Shown: positions 19,299 through 28,781, numbered from the stretch's first letter. The stretch: 32,000 bases of DNA from Acaryochloris thomasi RCC1774 (GCF_003231495.1 NZ_PQWO01000029.1:12372-44371); one strand, 5' to 3'. Notes: a model not told the origin generated them from the sequence alone. A program made the numbers and translations.

Positions 19299-20375
19299 CT
19301 ATCGAATAGTGCCCTCTAGCTGAGCCGTAGGAATTGGCTTGAGCAAATAGAGATTTAGAAACTGGATGGCGTTGGAGATAAACGCAGGTAGCTTCTTGAG
19401 AGTCTTAACCGGCTTGGACGCATTGGAAGCATCCACAGCACGGAGCTTCTCACCATTCGCAACGCAGGTTTCTAAGCGGCGATAGAAGTCAGGATGATTA
19501 ACATCTAACACGATGGGGAATACGCGACCCGCAGTATCGTTAGTCTTCTCAATAACCTCCTTGTCATACTCACGGGCATTGAGGCCCAGCATGGCATAAA
19601 AGTCAGAGCGGTTTAGATCATTGAGATACATGGTGGCAAACACCGACAGCAAGAAGAAACGGCACCAGAGCCGTGCTTTCCAGTCTTTAAGAATATCGGG
19701 TTGCGATCGCATCAGCGCATCAAAGAAGTCGCCGTGGCGATTTTCATCCTGGCACCAGTTCTCAAAGAACTCAAAGATGGGGTAGATGCAGTCGTCAGGA
19801 TTCTGCTCTAGGTGGCGATAGATGGTGATGTAGCGCCAGTAACCAATCTTCTCAGAGAGGTAGGTGGCATAGAGAATGAACTTAGGCTTGAAGAACGTGT
19901 AGCTGCGGCTCTTGGTCAAGAAACCTAGATCAAGAGACAGGTTGAAGTCAGACATCGCCTTGTTCAGAAAACCGGCATGGCGAGCTTCATCTCGGGAGAT
20001 GAGGTTAAAACACTCCGCCAGCATAGGGTTCTTATCTTTGATGCGGCGGCTGATTTCTTTGTAGAGCAAGAAACCCGAAAACTCCGCCGTACAGGAGCGC
20101 TCTAGAAACTCAATAAAGAGCTTGCGCTTCTCACCGTCAATATGATCCCAGGACTTTTCAAAGCGATCGTCCCGCACAAAGTGAGTTTTGTTGTAGTCAA
20201 TCTTGAATTCATCCAGGATGGCCTGCATCTCGTCCTCATTGATCGAGAGGTCCATCTTCGCCATTTCATCAAAATCGGTGGTGTAAAACCGTGGCGTGAG
20301 GATTGTCTCAGCGGCGGGGGATTTTATCCCATCGCGCATTTCAGAAGGTTCAGGCTTGCTGAGGGTATTTACCAT
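19299..20375 (-). CDS. acsF: Mg-protoporphyrin IX monomethyl ester oxidative cyclase
   Basis: 358 aa. The N-terminal [12 protein letters not shown] is characteristic. It also has di-iron carboxylate motifs (EFSGF...E..RH and QDENRHGDF), as in AcsF/CHL27. Confidence 0.95.
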   Translation of the reverse strand: MVNTLSKPEPSEMRDGIKSPAAETILTPRFYTTDFDEMAKMDLSINEDEMQAILDEFKIDYNKTHFVRDDRFEKSWDHIDGEKRKLFIEFLERSCTAEFSGFLLYKEISRRIKDKNPMLAECFNLISRDEARHAGFLNKAMSDFNLSLDLGFLTKSRSYTFFKPKFILYATYLSEKIGYWRYITIYRHLEQNPDDCIYPIFEFFENWCQDENRHGDFFDALMRSQPDILKDWKARLWCRFFLLSVFATMYLNDLNRSDFYAMLGLNAREYDKEVIEKTNDTAGRVFPIVLDVNHPDFYRRLETCVANGEKLRAVDASNASKPVKTLKKLPAFISNAIQFLNLYLLKPIPTAQLEGTIR

Positions 20376-20640
20376 GAGGGCCTCAAGTCGTTGTTTCGAT
20401 GTAATTTATGCCGCTGTCAGACACAGACTGTAATCTTTCGTCACGTTTGTAAGGAAAGACTATGCAATGATCTGCATCGACTCTCCTGCAATGTTACATG
20501 AACTGCCCAGGGATACAGGCGGCCTACAGGGCAAGCGTTACATTTCGCAAAACGTCGTTTACATTTCGCTAGACTTCAACGGCAGTCTCTTTAGCTGAGC
20601 GCTAGATTACTTTTTGAGATTCTCTGACCGAATAGACACT

Positions 20641-21813
20641 ATGCAATCTTCCTATGCTTGGCTCGAATCATCCTTAGCGACGATTCACAAAGCTCACTGG
20701 CACCGTTCTCCTCGAGTGACGGCGGGGCAACCTGGTCCAGTTGTGCAGCTTGAAGGTAGATCGGTCTTGAACTTTGCCAGTAATGATTATTTAGGGCTGG
20801 CTGGGGATGAGCGGCTGCAGGCAGCTGCGATCTCATCTATCAAAACCCACGGCACAGGCAGTACAGGGTCAAGATTGCTCAGCGGTCATCGTTTGGTACA
20901 TGAGGAATTGGAAGGTGCGATCTCAGCATGGAAAAGAACAGAGGACGCGATCGTCTATAGTTCTGGCTATCTCGCTAACATAGGAACGATTGCTGCACTG
21001 GTCGACAAACGAGACCTAATTGTGGGTGACGAATACAACCACTCTAGTCTCAAAAACGGTGCGAAATTGAGTGGAGCAAGGATTCTCGATTACCGCCACA
21101 GCAACGTCACGGACCTACACAATCAGCTACAGAAGACTCGGCATAACTACCGTCGCTGCCTACTATTGACCGACAGCGTCTTCAGCATGGATGGCGATCT
21201 CTGCCCTCTACCAGAAATCTTAAATCTTGCTCACCAGTATGACTGCATGGTGCTTGTCGATGAAGCCCACGGCACGGGTGTCTTAGGACCGACAGGTGCA
21301 GGCTGTGTAGAGCACTTTGACTGCAGCGGCGTGCCCCTCATTCAAATGGGGACTATGAGCAAAGCTCTCGGCAGTTTAGGAGGATATGTAGCGGGGACTG
21401 CTCAGCTGATTGACTACCTCCGAAATCGGGCTGCCACATGGATTTATACAACAGGGCTATCCCCAGCAGATACCGCAGCAGCACTAGCTGCAATTCAGAT
21501 TATTCAATCCAGACCTCAGCGCCGTGAGCAGCTGTGGCAGAATGTCGCCCAGCTTAAGGAGGCGATCTCAAAACTTCCTCGGGTCATAGATGGAGAGTGG
21601 AAACTGTTGCCTTCAGATTCTCCGATTATGTGCCTGCAGATGAAGAGCCCAGAGATTGTACTCAAAGTGAGTCAAGAGCTACTGGAGAAGGGTATTTATG
21701 CTCCTGCAATTCGCCCCCCGACTGTTCCGACCAGTCGCATTCGGTTTTCTGTGATGGCGACCCACCAATCTGAACAGATTGATCGGTTAGCAACAATATT
21801 GGAAGCAGGTTAG
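20641..21813 (+). CDS. bioF: 8-amino-7-oxononanoate synthase
   Basis: An alpha-oxoamine synthase family member: [25 protein letters not shown], and the PLP lysine in [13 protein letters not shown]. The ATG at 20641 is preferred to the upstream TTG at 20614. Confidence 0.88.
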   Translation: MQSSYAWLESSLATIHKAHWHRSPRVTAGQPGPVVQLEGRSVLNFASNDYLGLAGDERLQAAAISSIKTHGTGSTGSRLLSGHRLVHEELEGAISAWKRTEDAIVYSSGYLANIGTIAALVDKRDLIVGDEYNHSSLKNGAKLSGARILDYRHSNVTDLHNQLQKTRHNYRRCLLLTDSVFSMDGDLCPLPEILNLAHQYDCMVLVDEAHGTGVLGPTGAGCVEHFDCSGVPLIQMGTMSKALGSLGGYVAGTAQLIDYLRNRAATWIYTTGLSPADTAAALAAIQIIQSRPQRREQLWQNVAQLKEAISKLPRVIDGEWKLLPSDSPIMCLQMKSPEIVLKVSQELLEKGIYAPAIRPPTVPTSRIRFSVMATHQSEQIDRLATILEAG

Positions 21814-22212
21814 AGCTAATTTAGAAGAGAGTATAAAGTGTGCTTAATCCAGACTAGGAGAGTAGACATCCTCTCAATATAGGATCAGAATCCTGCAATC
21901 TATAAATCCCTACAAAAAAAGCACTAAAAACCCTCAGAACAGATGAAAGAATTATTTTTATACTTCCATTTAGTAGCATTCATTAAGCATATTAATAAGT
22001 TCTGCTCTTCTAAATAAAAACTACTTTTGGATTTTTTAATGCCTATAGAATTGACATCTTAACCGTTGGCAATTTCACCTTATTAATCAATAAATAAAGA
22101 TAGGAACTCACGAAATTAAAAGTCGACGACCATTTCCATGAGAATGAATTTTATACCAATACAGAGAAATCATGTATCAATATTTCTATAGAGCGTACAA
22201 CTCAAACACATG

Positions 22213-23262
22213 CTAATTTTTCAGACGTGTTGGCCAACGTTTAATTGTTGTGTCACTGCTGCCGGTGAAAATACTCTTCCCATTAGGACTGAAAGCAACC
22301 GTCCAAATTGCTTGGCGATGCTCAGGTAAGGTACCTAAAATATTCCCTGTCGCTGCACTCCATAGCTTGGCAGTTGTATCATGACTGCTGCTCACAAGAA
22401 TCTTCCCATCGGGACTAAAAGTAATTGCTCGGACCGCATCCATATGCCCAGCAAAAGCTTTGAGTAGTTTTCCCTGGCTAACGTTCCACAGCTTGACTGT
22501 TCGGTCATCACTACCAGTGGCTAGCGTACGACCATCAGGACTAAAACGAATGGTTCTTACAGAATCCTCGTGGCCCATCAAAGCCCAAATCTGAATCGGT
22601 GGGTGGCGATCGGCAAGTTGCCAAACTTCGATACGACCGCTATCGTCACCGAAGGCAATTTTGTTTTCTTTGGGACCAAAGGCTACAGACTGAATCCAGC
22701 TATCGGTCTTGACGTGATAGATCCGTTTTCCGGTCTTCAGATTCCAGATATGGAGCCTTCTGCCCGTTCCGCCGCTGACTAAAAACTGACTATCTGGACT
22801 GAGGGCAATCGCTTTTACATCATCTCCCTGTTTGAGCGTCTGTAATAGCTGCTGTGTTTCTAAACTCCAAACCTTGATGCGATTGTCCCAACTCCCACTA
22901 ACAAGCGTCTGACCATCTTGGCTGATGGCAATAGACGCGACAGCATCTCCATGGCCCTGAACAGTGTGGGCTAGAGTCCCTGTCTGTGCATTCCACCACC
23001 TGAGTTTGCCATCATAGCCACCGCTCACGAGGGTAGCCCCGTCTGGGCTGACCGCAATGGCATAAACCCAAGTCCCTCTATGATCCAATGTCTGGGACGC
23101 AGAAATAGGCTGAATTGCATTTGTTGCAAGGGCCAAAGTTTTAGACCTTGCCCACACTTGGGAGCAGATCAGCCCCAATACACCTATGAACACAGTAGCC
23201 ATAAGGAGTAAGACAGTCGGTCTTTTAGAGCTAAGCTGTTTCCGAGCAGTTCGACATTTCAT
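22213..23262 (-). CDS. membrane-anchored WD40-repeat (seven-blade beta-propeller) protein
   Basis: It has an N-terminal hydrophobic anchor (VLLLMATVFIGVLGLICSQVWA). About seven WD units follow, with recurrent SPDG.TL.SGS.D.T.K.W patterns. Confidence 0.9.
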   Translation of the reverse strand: MKCRTARKQLSSKRPTVLLLMATVFIGVLGLICSQVWARSKTLALATNAIQPISASQTLDHRGTWVYAIAVSPDGATLVSGGYDGKLRWWNAQTGTLAHTVQGHGDAVASIAISQDGQTLVSGSWDNRIKVWSLETQQLLQTLKQGDDVKAIALSPDSQFLVSGGTGRRLHIWNLKTGKRIYHVKTDSWIQSVAFGPKENKIAFGDDSGRIEVWQLADRHPPIQIWALMGHEDSVRTIRFSPDGRTLATGSDDRTVKLWNVSQGKLLKAFAGHMDAVRAITFSPDGKILVSSSHDTTAKLWSAATGNILGTLPEHRQAIWTVAFSPNGKSIFTGSSDTTIKRWPTRLKN

Positions 23263-23302
23263 GCCTGATACCTCCTGAGGGAATGCGTTCTAACTGAGCA
23301 AA

Positions 23303-23887
23303 TCATCGGCTAGATTGAGACTGCGCTCCTGTCAGTGCTTGAGGGCTAGAACAAGGAGAGCGTGGAACCTGATTTGATGCTTTCTTCTCCCGCCATAAAC
23401 GTAGTATTGAAAGGGCTGTAATGCATAGGATCGCGATCATGCTGATTGGCGTGACATAGGTCCAGTGATCAGACATTTTGTCCCATACATGCCAAGTCAG
23501 CAAAAACAGGGCAAGGTAGGTCAGCCGATGAAGCTTTTTCCAATTTTTTTTAAGAGCTCTAACACTCCAGTCATTGGAGGTCGCAGCTAAGATAGCAAAG
23601 ATAGCCATTGTCGCAATTCCCTGAAAGTAAATCCATGAAGTCCTGGGATCCATAAAATCGATATCGCGCTTTCTTACTAGTATCCAACCGTGAATAATAG
23701 CCAACAAAAAAGCTAAAACACCGATGCATCGACGCTGTTTGAGTAATGCCTTCGGTATACCCGTTTTTTTCATATGGGGGAATACAATTCTCATCACGCT
23801 TGGCGTAAGGGTAATGACATAGCTGAGTAAGGCTAAAAGTCCGAGAAAATTTTCAGGGGGCGGAGTGTCGATACCAAACATACTCAC
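23303..23887 (-). CDS. ferric-reductase-like transmembrane domain protein (MsrQ/YedZ-like, putative heme b)
   Basis: 194 aa with ~6 hydrophobic helices. The pattern RR.IGVLAF...IHG then W..LHRLTYL......WHVW resembles the Ferric_reduct/MsrQ family, with His residues inside helices. GTG start. Confidence 0.5.
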   Translation of the reverse strand: MSMFGIDTPPPENFLGLLALLSYVITLTPSVMRIVFPHMKKTGIPKALLKQRRCIGVLAFLLAIIHGWILVRKRDIDFMDPRTSWIYFQGIATMAIFAILAATSNDWSVRALKKNWKKLHRLTYLALFLLTWHVWDKMSDHWTYVTPISMIAILCITALSILRLWREKKASNQVPRSPCSSPQALTGAQSQSSR

Positions 23888-23983
23888 TTATTCCTATAAA
23901 GATTTTCATGAGCTGGAACACTTGAGGTATTGGCTGTAAAGCAGCCCATGTATGACGGTCTAACTTCAAGGCTGGGGATTGAC

Positions 23984-24673
23984 TTACTGGAGATATCGCA
24001 CGATCCACGGACCTAATCTTTCTTGAAGTTCAGTGGTGATCTTGCGATCGCGTCTGGTCCAAATTCTTGGTGTTTCAAAGACACAGGGCTCTAAGATGCC
24101 GTAGAACACATTCCCTTGATAAATCGGAGCGTGGATGAGTGCCCGATGTCTAAACACAGATCGTTCTAATGCCAAGTCCAGTGTGCCGGTGGGCGCTGAC
24201 TCGATATCTCCTATAAAGTGGGCTTGCGAAGATCGATAAGCTGATGCGGTCAGTGGATCCTTTTGATTTAGCGCCTGCGACTCAGGACTCCAGGTAGACT
24301 GGACCATAGTGGGCCATCGAGTTTCACGACTATAGCCGTGGGTAATTCGAGTCAACCGCTGCAGCGGAGCACGGACAAAGAGGAAGCAGCGATCGCATCT
24401 CAACTCCTTCACCACCACAGGCATAAGAGCTGTCAACACTGAATTGGGATCTCGCGAGTTTTGCAAAGCTGCTGTTAAGGATTGAGGAAGATCGGGACTA
24501 GCGGCTTCCGGCATTGCTGAGGATGTTGTTTGAGGATGAAAGCTACCCTGTCGAGAGGGGGGCTGAGCGATCAACTTTGTTCGAGCGCAACTCCCGATTG
24601 TGAGACTTCCGACAACCCCCCTGAGTAACCCCAAGGTCTCCCGACGAGACCAGCTAAGCTGTCTGTATTTCAC
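23984..24673 (-). CDS. GAF-domain protein with an apparent twin-arginine/lipobox signal
   Basis: GTG start. The N-terminus MKYRQLSWSRRETLGLLRGVVGSLTIGSC shows SRR.xL plus an h-region plus IGSC. The C-terminal ~150 aa are GAF-like (LRCDRCFLFV..., ALIHAPIYQGNVFYGILEP, PRIWTRRD). Confidence 0.6.
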   Translation of the reverse strand: MKYRQLSWSRRETLGLLRGVVGSLTIGSCARTKLIAQPPSRQGSFHPQTTSSAMPEAASPDLPQSLTAALQNSRDPNSVLTALMPVVVKELRCDRCFLFVRAPLQRLTRITHGYSRETRWPTMVQSTWSPESQALNQKDPLTASAYRSSQAHFIGDIESAPTGTLDLALERSVFRHRALIHAPIYQGNVFYGILEPCVFETPRIWTRRDRKITTELQERLGPWIVRYLQ

Positions 24674-24726
24674 GTTTTACCTACTGATAGTTTCATCACA
24701 TCCAGGTGTGTACGGCCCTCAATGCT

Positions 24727-25779
24727 CTAAGACTCACGGCCTAAATCATTCTGCCGATAGGCCCGTAGTGGACGGTCGTCAAAGAGCGTCGTTAGGTTAG
24801 GCTGCTCTGCTAGAAGTCCTGCTTCCGTCAAGAACTGGGCCGCTTTTTGAGCCGTAAAGCCGAGATGGTCAAAATTGTTCCCTGGCGTCAGTGCTCGAAT
24901 GTTTTCGTCAACCGATAGAAGATGTATACCCTGACTGAACATTTCAAACTTCGCGTCAGAGAGTTGTGAGTGCGTCAGCATAATTTCCCTGGAGAGGTCT
25001 GGGTTTTGATTTATAAAATGAAGGCTCTTAAACCAGCTTTTGACCAAGAACTGAACTGCATCCATCTTCTGATTCAACGCTGTCTGACTCACAGCAATGA
25101 CCTGAGGAATACTTCCCGAAAAATCTTTAGAACTGAATAGCTCTCGACTGCCTGGACGTTTCAGAGCCACTAGCCAGTCCGGCTGCCAAACCACAATCGC
25201 ATCTAGCTTTCCTGCCACAAAAGCAGTTGCAGCATCTATTGTGCTCAGGTCCTCAATCTTGACCGCATCACGCTTCATGCCGACTTTTTCTAAGACTAAG
25301 GTGAGCAAAAAATCAGTCAGCTTCCCTCGCTCAACACCAATGTGCTTGTGCTTGAGTGCTGCAGGACTTGCGATCTCTCCGGTCACGATGATTTTGTCGT
25401 TGCCGCTAGAATAATCAGTGACTAACACCACAACTTCGCCATTCACCGAACGCGATTCCATCTCAACTGTGTCATTGAAAACTTGGCAGTTGGCATCCAG
25501 AGTCCCTTCTGCTATGGCTGCTAAAGCGGCGTAGTAGTCGTCAAACCACTGCAGCTCAATCTTGATTTCATTGGCTTCAAGAAAAGCCTGCTCTTGAGCA
25601 ATTGCCCAGGGCCACCAACCTGCCCAATCCCTAGAACATCCTAGCTGCAGAACCTGCGCTGTTTCCTGAACGCTTGGTGCTAGCGTTTGCTTAGAGACCA
25701 GAAACCTAGAGGGAGCACAACTCAATGTCAGAACCAACACGCAGATAAAAAGAGAAGATAGCCGTTGTCGGGTGTTCAC
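24727..25779 (-). CDS. NitT/TauT (NMT1-like) family ABC substrate-binding lipoprotein
   Basis: GTG start with signal and lipobox LTLSC. It has a two-lobe periplasmic binding fold of the COG0715 type (LQLG...W.PW.IA...G...I.L.W......A..A...G.LDA....). No permease or ATPase gene lies nearby. Confidence 0.65.
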   Translation of the reverse strand: MNTRQRLSSLFICVLVLTLSCAPSRFLVSKQTLAPSVQETAQVLQLGCSRDWAGWWPWAIAQEQAFLEANEIKIELQWFDDYYAALAAIAEGTLDANCQVFNDTVEMESRSVNGEVVVLVTDYSSGNDKIIVTGEIASPAALKHKHIGVERGKLTDFLLTLVLEKVGMKRDAVKIEDLSTIDAATAFVAGKLDAIVVWQPDWLVALKRPGSRELFSSKDFSGSIPQVIAVSQTALNQKMDAVQFLVKSWFKSLHFINQNPDLSREIMLTHSQLSDAKFEMFSQGIHLLSVDENIRALTPGNNFDHLGFTAQKAAQFLTEAGLLAEQPNLTTLFDDRPLRAYRQNDLGRES

Positions 25780-25784
25780 GCTGT

Positions 25785-26258
25785 TTAGGCCGATACGGTG
25801 ACAGAATACAAATCTCGTTGGGCCTGCGATGGAGAAATTTCTAAGGACTGATGCTCAAGCAGCATCGTGGTGGAGAGATTCTGGGTAAACCCAATGTGTT
25901 CATAGAACCCTTGCTCTCGGGAAGTCATTAAGTACACGCGCTCGGCTGAGCAAATGTGAGGATGTTTTAAGAGCGTTGCCATTAGCTTGCGACCAAGGCC
26001 CACCCCTTGATACTCCGGGTGAATCACAACATCCCAAATAACAGCCCGATAAACACCGTCAGAGGTGGCGCGGACAAATCCAATCTGTCGCTCTCCCTCC
26101 CAGACCGTGATCACAGGGTAACTGTTTGCGATCGCAACTTCTAAATCTGCACCACAACGAGCAGCAGCCCAGGGAGCTGAAAGCTGAAATAATAACTGCA
26201 ATTGCTGTATATCGATTGCTGCGGTGCGATCGCAAAAACGGAAGTGGCAAGTATCCAT
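25785..26258 (-). CDS. GNAT-family N-acetyltransferase
   Basis: 157 aa with acetyl-CoA motif A (HPEYQGVGLGRKLM) and a downstream YEHIGF motif. Its stop is 5 nt from the binding-protein start. Confidence 0.85.
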   Translation of the reverse strand: MDTCHFRFCDRTAAIDIQQLQLLFQLSAPWAAARCGADLEVAIANSYPVITVWEGERQIGFVRATSDGVYRAVIWDVVIHPEYQGVGLGRKLMATLLKHPHICSAERVYLMTSREQGFYEHIGFTQNLSTTMLLEHQSLEISPSQAQRDLYSVTVSA

Positions 26259-26438
26259 TCAATGACTCTCTTTAGAACTAGGCACACAAGCGGGAATAGA
26301 GGATAGGATCAGAGCGTCCGTCCTCAACATCGTCAGCCCTCTGAATTGATCTCCCCTTCTATTTCCTATGCCAAGAACGGTGAGTGCTCCGCCCCCAGCC
26401 AGGAAGAAAATGCAATTCAGAGAGCTATAGACGCTCCT

Positions 26439-27665
26439 CTAGAGAAGGATAAAATCTGACGTGCTTAGACCGGGGTTATCAGTGAAGGTGGTTAGCAATC
26501 CCCCCTCTCCAAAGCCAGCGTTGGCACCGTTCTGGTTGTAAAACAGGTCGCCTGTGTTGGTCTGATAAACGATTTCAGCTAAGCTTTGGCGAGCGCCCAT
26601 CGTGCTGTTCACCACCTCAAAGTCAGCCGCAACGCTGAAGCCGTCGCCCGCAACACTACTCAATGTGTCAAAGGTGGTCAGACCTAGGGCAATCTTGTCC
26701 TGACCTGCGACAAATCCTTGGATCTGGTCGCTGCCAACATCTCTACGGACAAAGGTTACGCCCGTGTCATAGGTGTACAGATCTGCACCTGCACCACCAA
26801 CTAGGGTGTCATTACCAGCACCACCGATCAATGTGTCAGCACCACGATTGCCGAGAATCTGATCAGCGCCACTGCCGCCAGAAAGACTATCACTGCCTCT
26901 GCCACCCATCAGAGTGTCGCGTCCATCATCCCCTGCGAGGGTATCATCTCCCTGCTTGCCTTGAAGTAGATCGGCTTGGTCACCCCCTTGAAGATCATCA
27001 TTACCTCTGCCGCCGTTGAGAATGTCAGCACCTGCTTCGCCAATGAGAGTATCGTCTCCCTTGCCACCATTGACGAGATCCGCTCCGTCACCGCCGCGGA
27101 TAAAGTCGTCGCCCCTACGTGCGAACACTCGGTCGCTGCCTTCACGGGCAAAGATTCGATCATCTTCTTTAGTGCCTTGCAGAAAGTCACCTATTTCAGT
27201 ACCAGCAACTGTATTAAAGGCCTGGCCTTCGTAGTCCACAATGCCGACAAGTTCAGTGTTGAAACCAGCTACAGGTACAGGGGTCAGGCCCTGACCAGCA
27301 ACCTCAAAGTAAGCATCTTCAACGAAGAGTAGCTCTGACTGACGAATGAAAAATCCGCCAAAGCCCTCTACGCCGACGTCATCGGCAGAGGGCAAATAGT
27401 CAATTCCCTGAATCTCACCATCTTCAAATGTGGCGAAAGGAAAAGGGGGTTCGCCATCGCCAAAGTCAATATCATTCTCTTCAGTAAACGTTTCACCAAA
27501 GATATTAAGGGTTAATTTAAAATCACCCAAATCATCTTCAATTCGAGCCAGTTCTTCTCCATTACCCGTAATTACAGAAGTGTCATAGGAGAAATCCCCA
27601 TCAAAGTTCTGACCACTAAAAAGGGTGACATCAAACTCGAAAGAATTCATCGATTCTTCGTTCAT
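26439..27665 (-). CDS. RTX (hemolysin-type calcium-binding repeat) protein, probable type I secretion substrate
   Basis: 408 aa with no N-terminal signal. An acidic N-terminal domain is followed by ~15 consecutive GGxGxDxLx nonapeptides, a ~110-aa C-terminal region, and an ...SDFILL ending. Confidence 0.9.
   Translation of the reverse strand: MNEESMNSFEFDVTLFSGQNFDGDFSYDTSVITGNGEELARIEDDLGDFKLTLNIFGETFTEENDIDFGDGEPPFPFATFEDGEIQGIDYLPSADDVGVEGFGGFFIRQSELLFVEDAYFEVAGQGLTPVPVAGFNTELVGIVDYEGQAFNTVAGTEIGDFLQGTKEDDRIFAREGSDRVFARRGDDFIRGGDGADLVNGGKGDDTLIGEAGADILNGGRGNDDLQGGDQADLLQGKQGDDTLAGDDGRDTLMGGRGSDSLSGGSGADQILGNRGADTLIGGAGNDTLVGGAGADLYTYDTGVTFVRRDVGSDQIQGFVAGQDKIALGLTTFDTLSSVAGDGFSVAADFEVVNSTMGARQSLAEIVYQTNTGDLFYNQNGANAGFGEGGLLTTFTDNPGLSTSDFILL
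26775..27179 (-). repeat. 27-nt periodic coding repeat (RTX nonapeptide array, aa ~163-297)
   Basis: Read from the translation: GSDRVFARRGDDFIRGGDGADLVNGGKGDDTLIGEAGADILNGGRGNDDLQGGDQADLLQGKQGDDTLAGDDGRDTLMGGRGSDSLSGGSGADQILGNRGADTLIGGAGNDTLVGGAGADL. Confidence 0.85.
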
Positions 27666-27878
27666 TTTCTATATACCTAACTTCACAAACCAGACCGATA
27701 TTCACATGAATAATGATTTAATTCAATGAAAGTTTTGTTTATCCATTGATTATCCTTTGGTAAACATGCCGACAACCAGATGCAGAGAACTTTGCCAAAA
27801 AGACACGATTTTGACGAAAATAATCTATTCGATTTTTAGTGACGTTTGAATTAGATATTTAACGAGAAATATTGATTA

Positions 27879-28781
27879 TCATTGATGCTTATACTCTGAT
27901 CTTTGAAATCGGAGGATAATCACCGAGTTGAGAATCAAAAAACCACCGACAGCTTGAATAGTGGAGAATTTCTCTTTAAGGAGAACCATGCCAAGGAGCA
28001 CAGTTATCAAGGGCTCAACGGTCGATAAAATTGAGGCTTGAGAGATGCCAAGAATCTGAATTCCGGCTAACAAACTCAGAACAGGTACGATTGTTGATAC
28101 GATGACGAGCGCCATGGTAATCATGACAGCCGTTAGGTTTGAGGGCAAGATAAAGGTTGACTGCGCGGTCGCCGCTCCGACAAAACTCACAGCAGCACCT
28201 AGAGAAATATAGGCACTGCTGACAATAGGATTAAGGGTGTTTACAAGCCGTGCACTCAAGAGTAGGTAGAAAGAATACCAAAGCCCCGAAGCTAGACCGA
28301 GTAATATTCCTGTAAGTGAACGATCTGGGCCAGTCAAGTCAGCAATTAACAGACAGCCGACAAGTGCTGAAGCTAGGGCAATGCTTCGGTTGAGAGTGGG
28401 ACGTTCACCCTCAATTAACCAAGCCAAAAGCGTAACGATAGCTGGGTAAGAATACAGCAGCAGCGTTGCGATACCAGCACTCGTATATTTTAGGGCTGAG
28501 AAAAGAAAAGCTGCCTGTCCCGCATAGCCTAACATTCCAAGACTAATTGCCGAGAATGCATCGCGCTTCGAAACTCGCCATTCCTGTCTCAGCCATAACC
28601 AGATCCACAAGATAAAAGATGCACCTAAAAATCTCAATGCTAGGGTGCTTGTAATGTTTAAGCCCTCTGCATAAATAAGTTTTCCAAAAATTCCCAGCGT
28701 AGAAAATCCAAATGCAGACATAAGGATAAAGGCAATGCCTTTCCATTCATGCGTTAGCTTCGGATCGCGTACATTGATCAA
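27879..28781 (-). CDS. EamA/DMT-family transporter
   Basis: 300 aa with ten hydrophobic segments arranged as two EamA halves. The TTG start is uncertain. Its GC is lower than the housekeeping genes. Confidence 0.85.
   Translation of the reverse strand: MINVRDPKLTHEWKGIAFILMSAFGFSTLGIFGKLIYAEGLNITSTLALRFLGASFILWIWLWLRQEWRVSKRDAFSAISLGMLGYAGQAAFLFSALKYTSAGIATLLLYSYPAIVTLLAWLIEGERPTLNRSIALASALVGCLLIADLTGPDRSLTGILLGLASGLWYSFYLLLSARLVNTLNPIVSSAYISLGAAVSFVGAATAQSTFILPSNLTAVMITMALVIVSTIVPVLSLLAGIQILGISQASILSTVEPLITVLLGMVLLKEKFSTIQAVGGFLILNSVIILRFQRSEYKHQ

Noticed and set aside
26259-26438. Possible TPP riboswitch upstream of the GNAT/NMT1-like binding-protein genes. NMT1/THI5-type proteins are often thiamine-linked.
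   Set aside because: Reading the minus strand, I could not find the conserved CUGAGA and ACCUGAUCUGGAUAAUGCCAGCG-like cores. Only a vague CTCTGATCCTATCC resemblance is present. An Infernal scan with RF00059 would settle it.
26663-27332. Alternate-frame and antisense ORFs within the RTX gene (26663-27019 +, 26976-27332 +, 27016-27234 +, 26909-27190 -).
   Set aside because: They are artefacts of the 27-nt periodic GGxGxD coding repeat, which keeps several frames open. Their products are low-complexity His/Cys/Arg- or Ser/Pro-rich strings.
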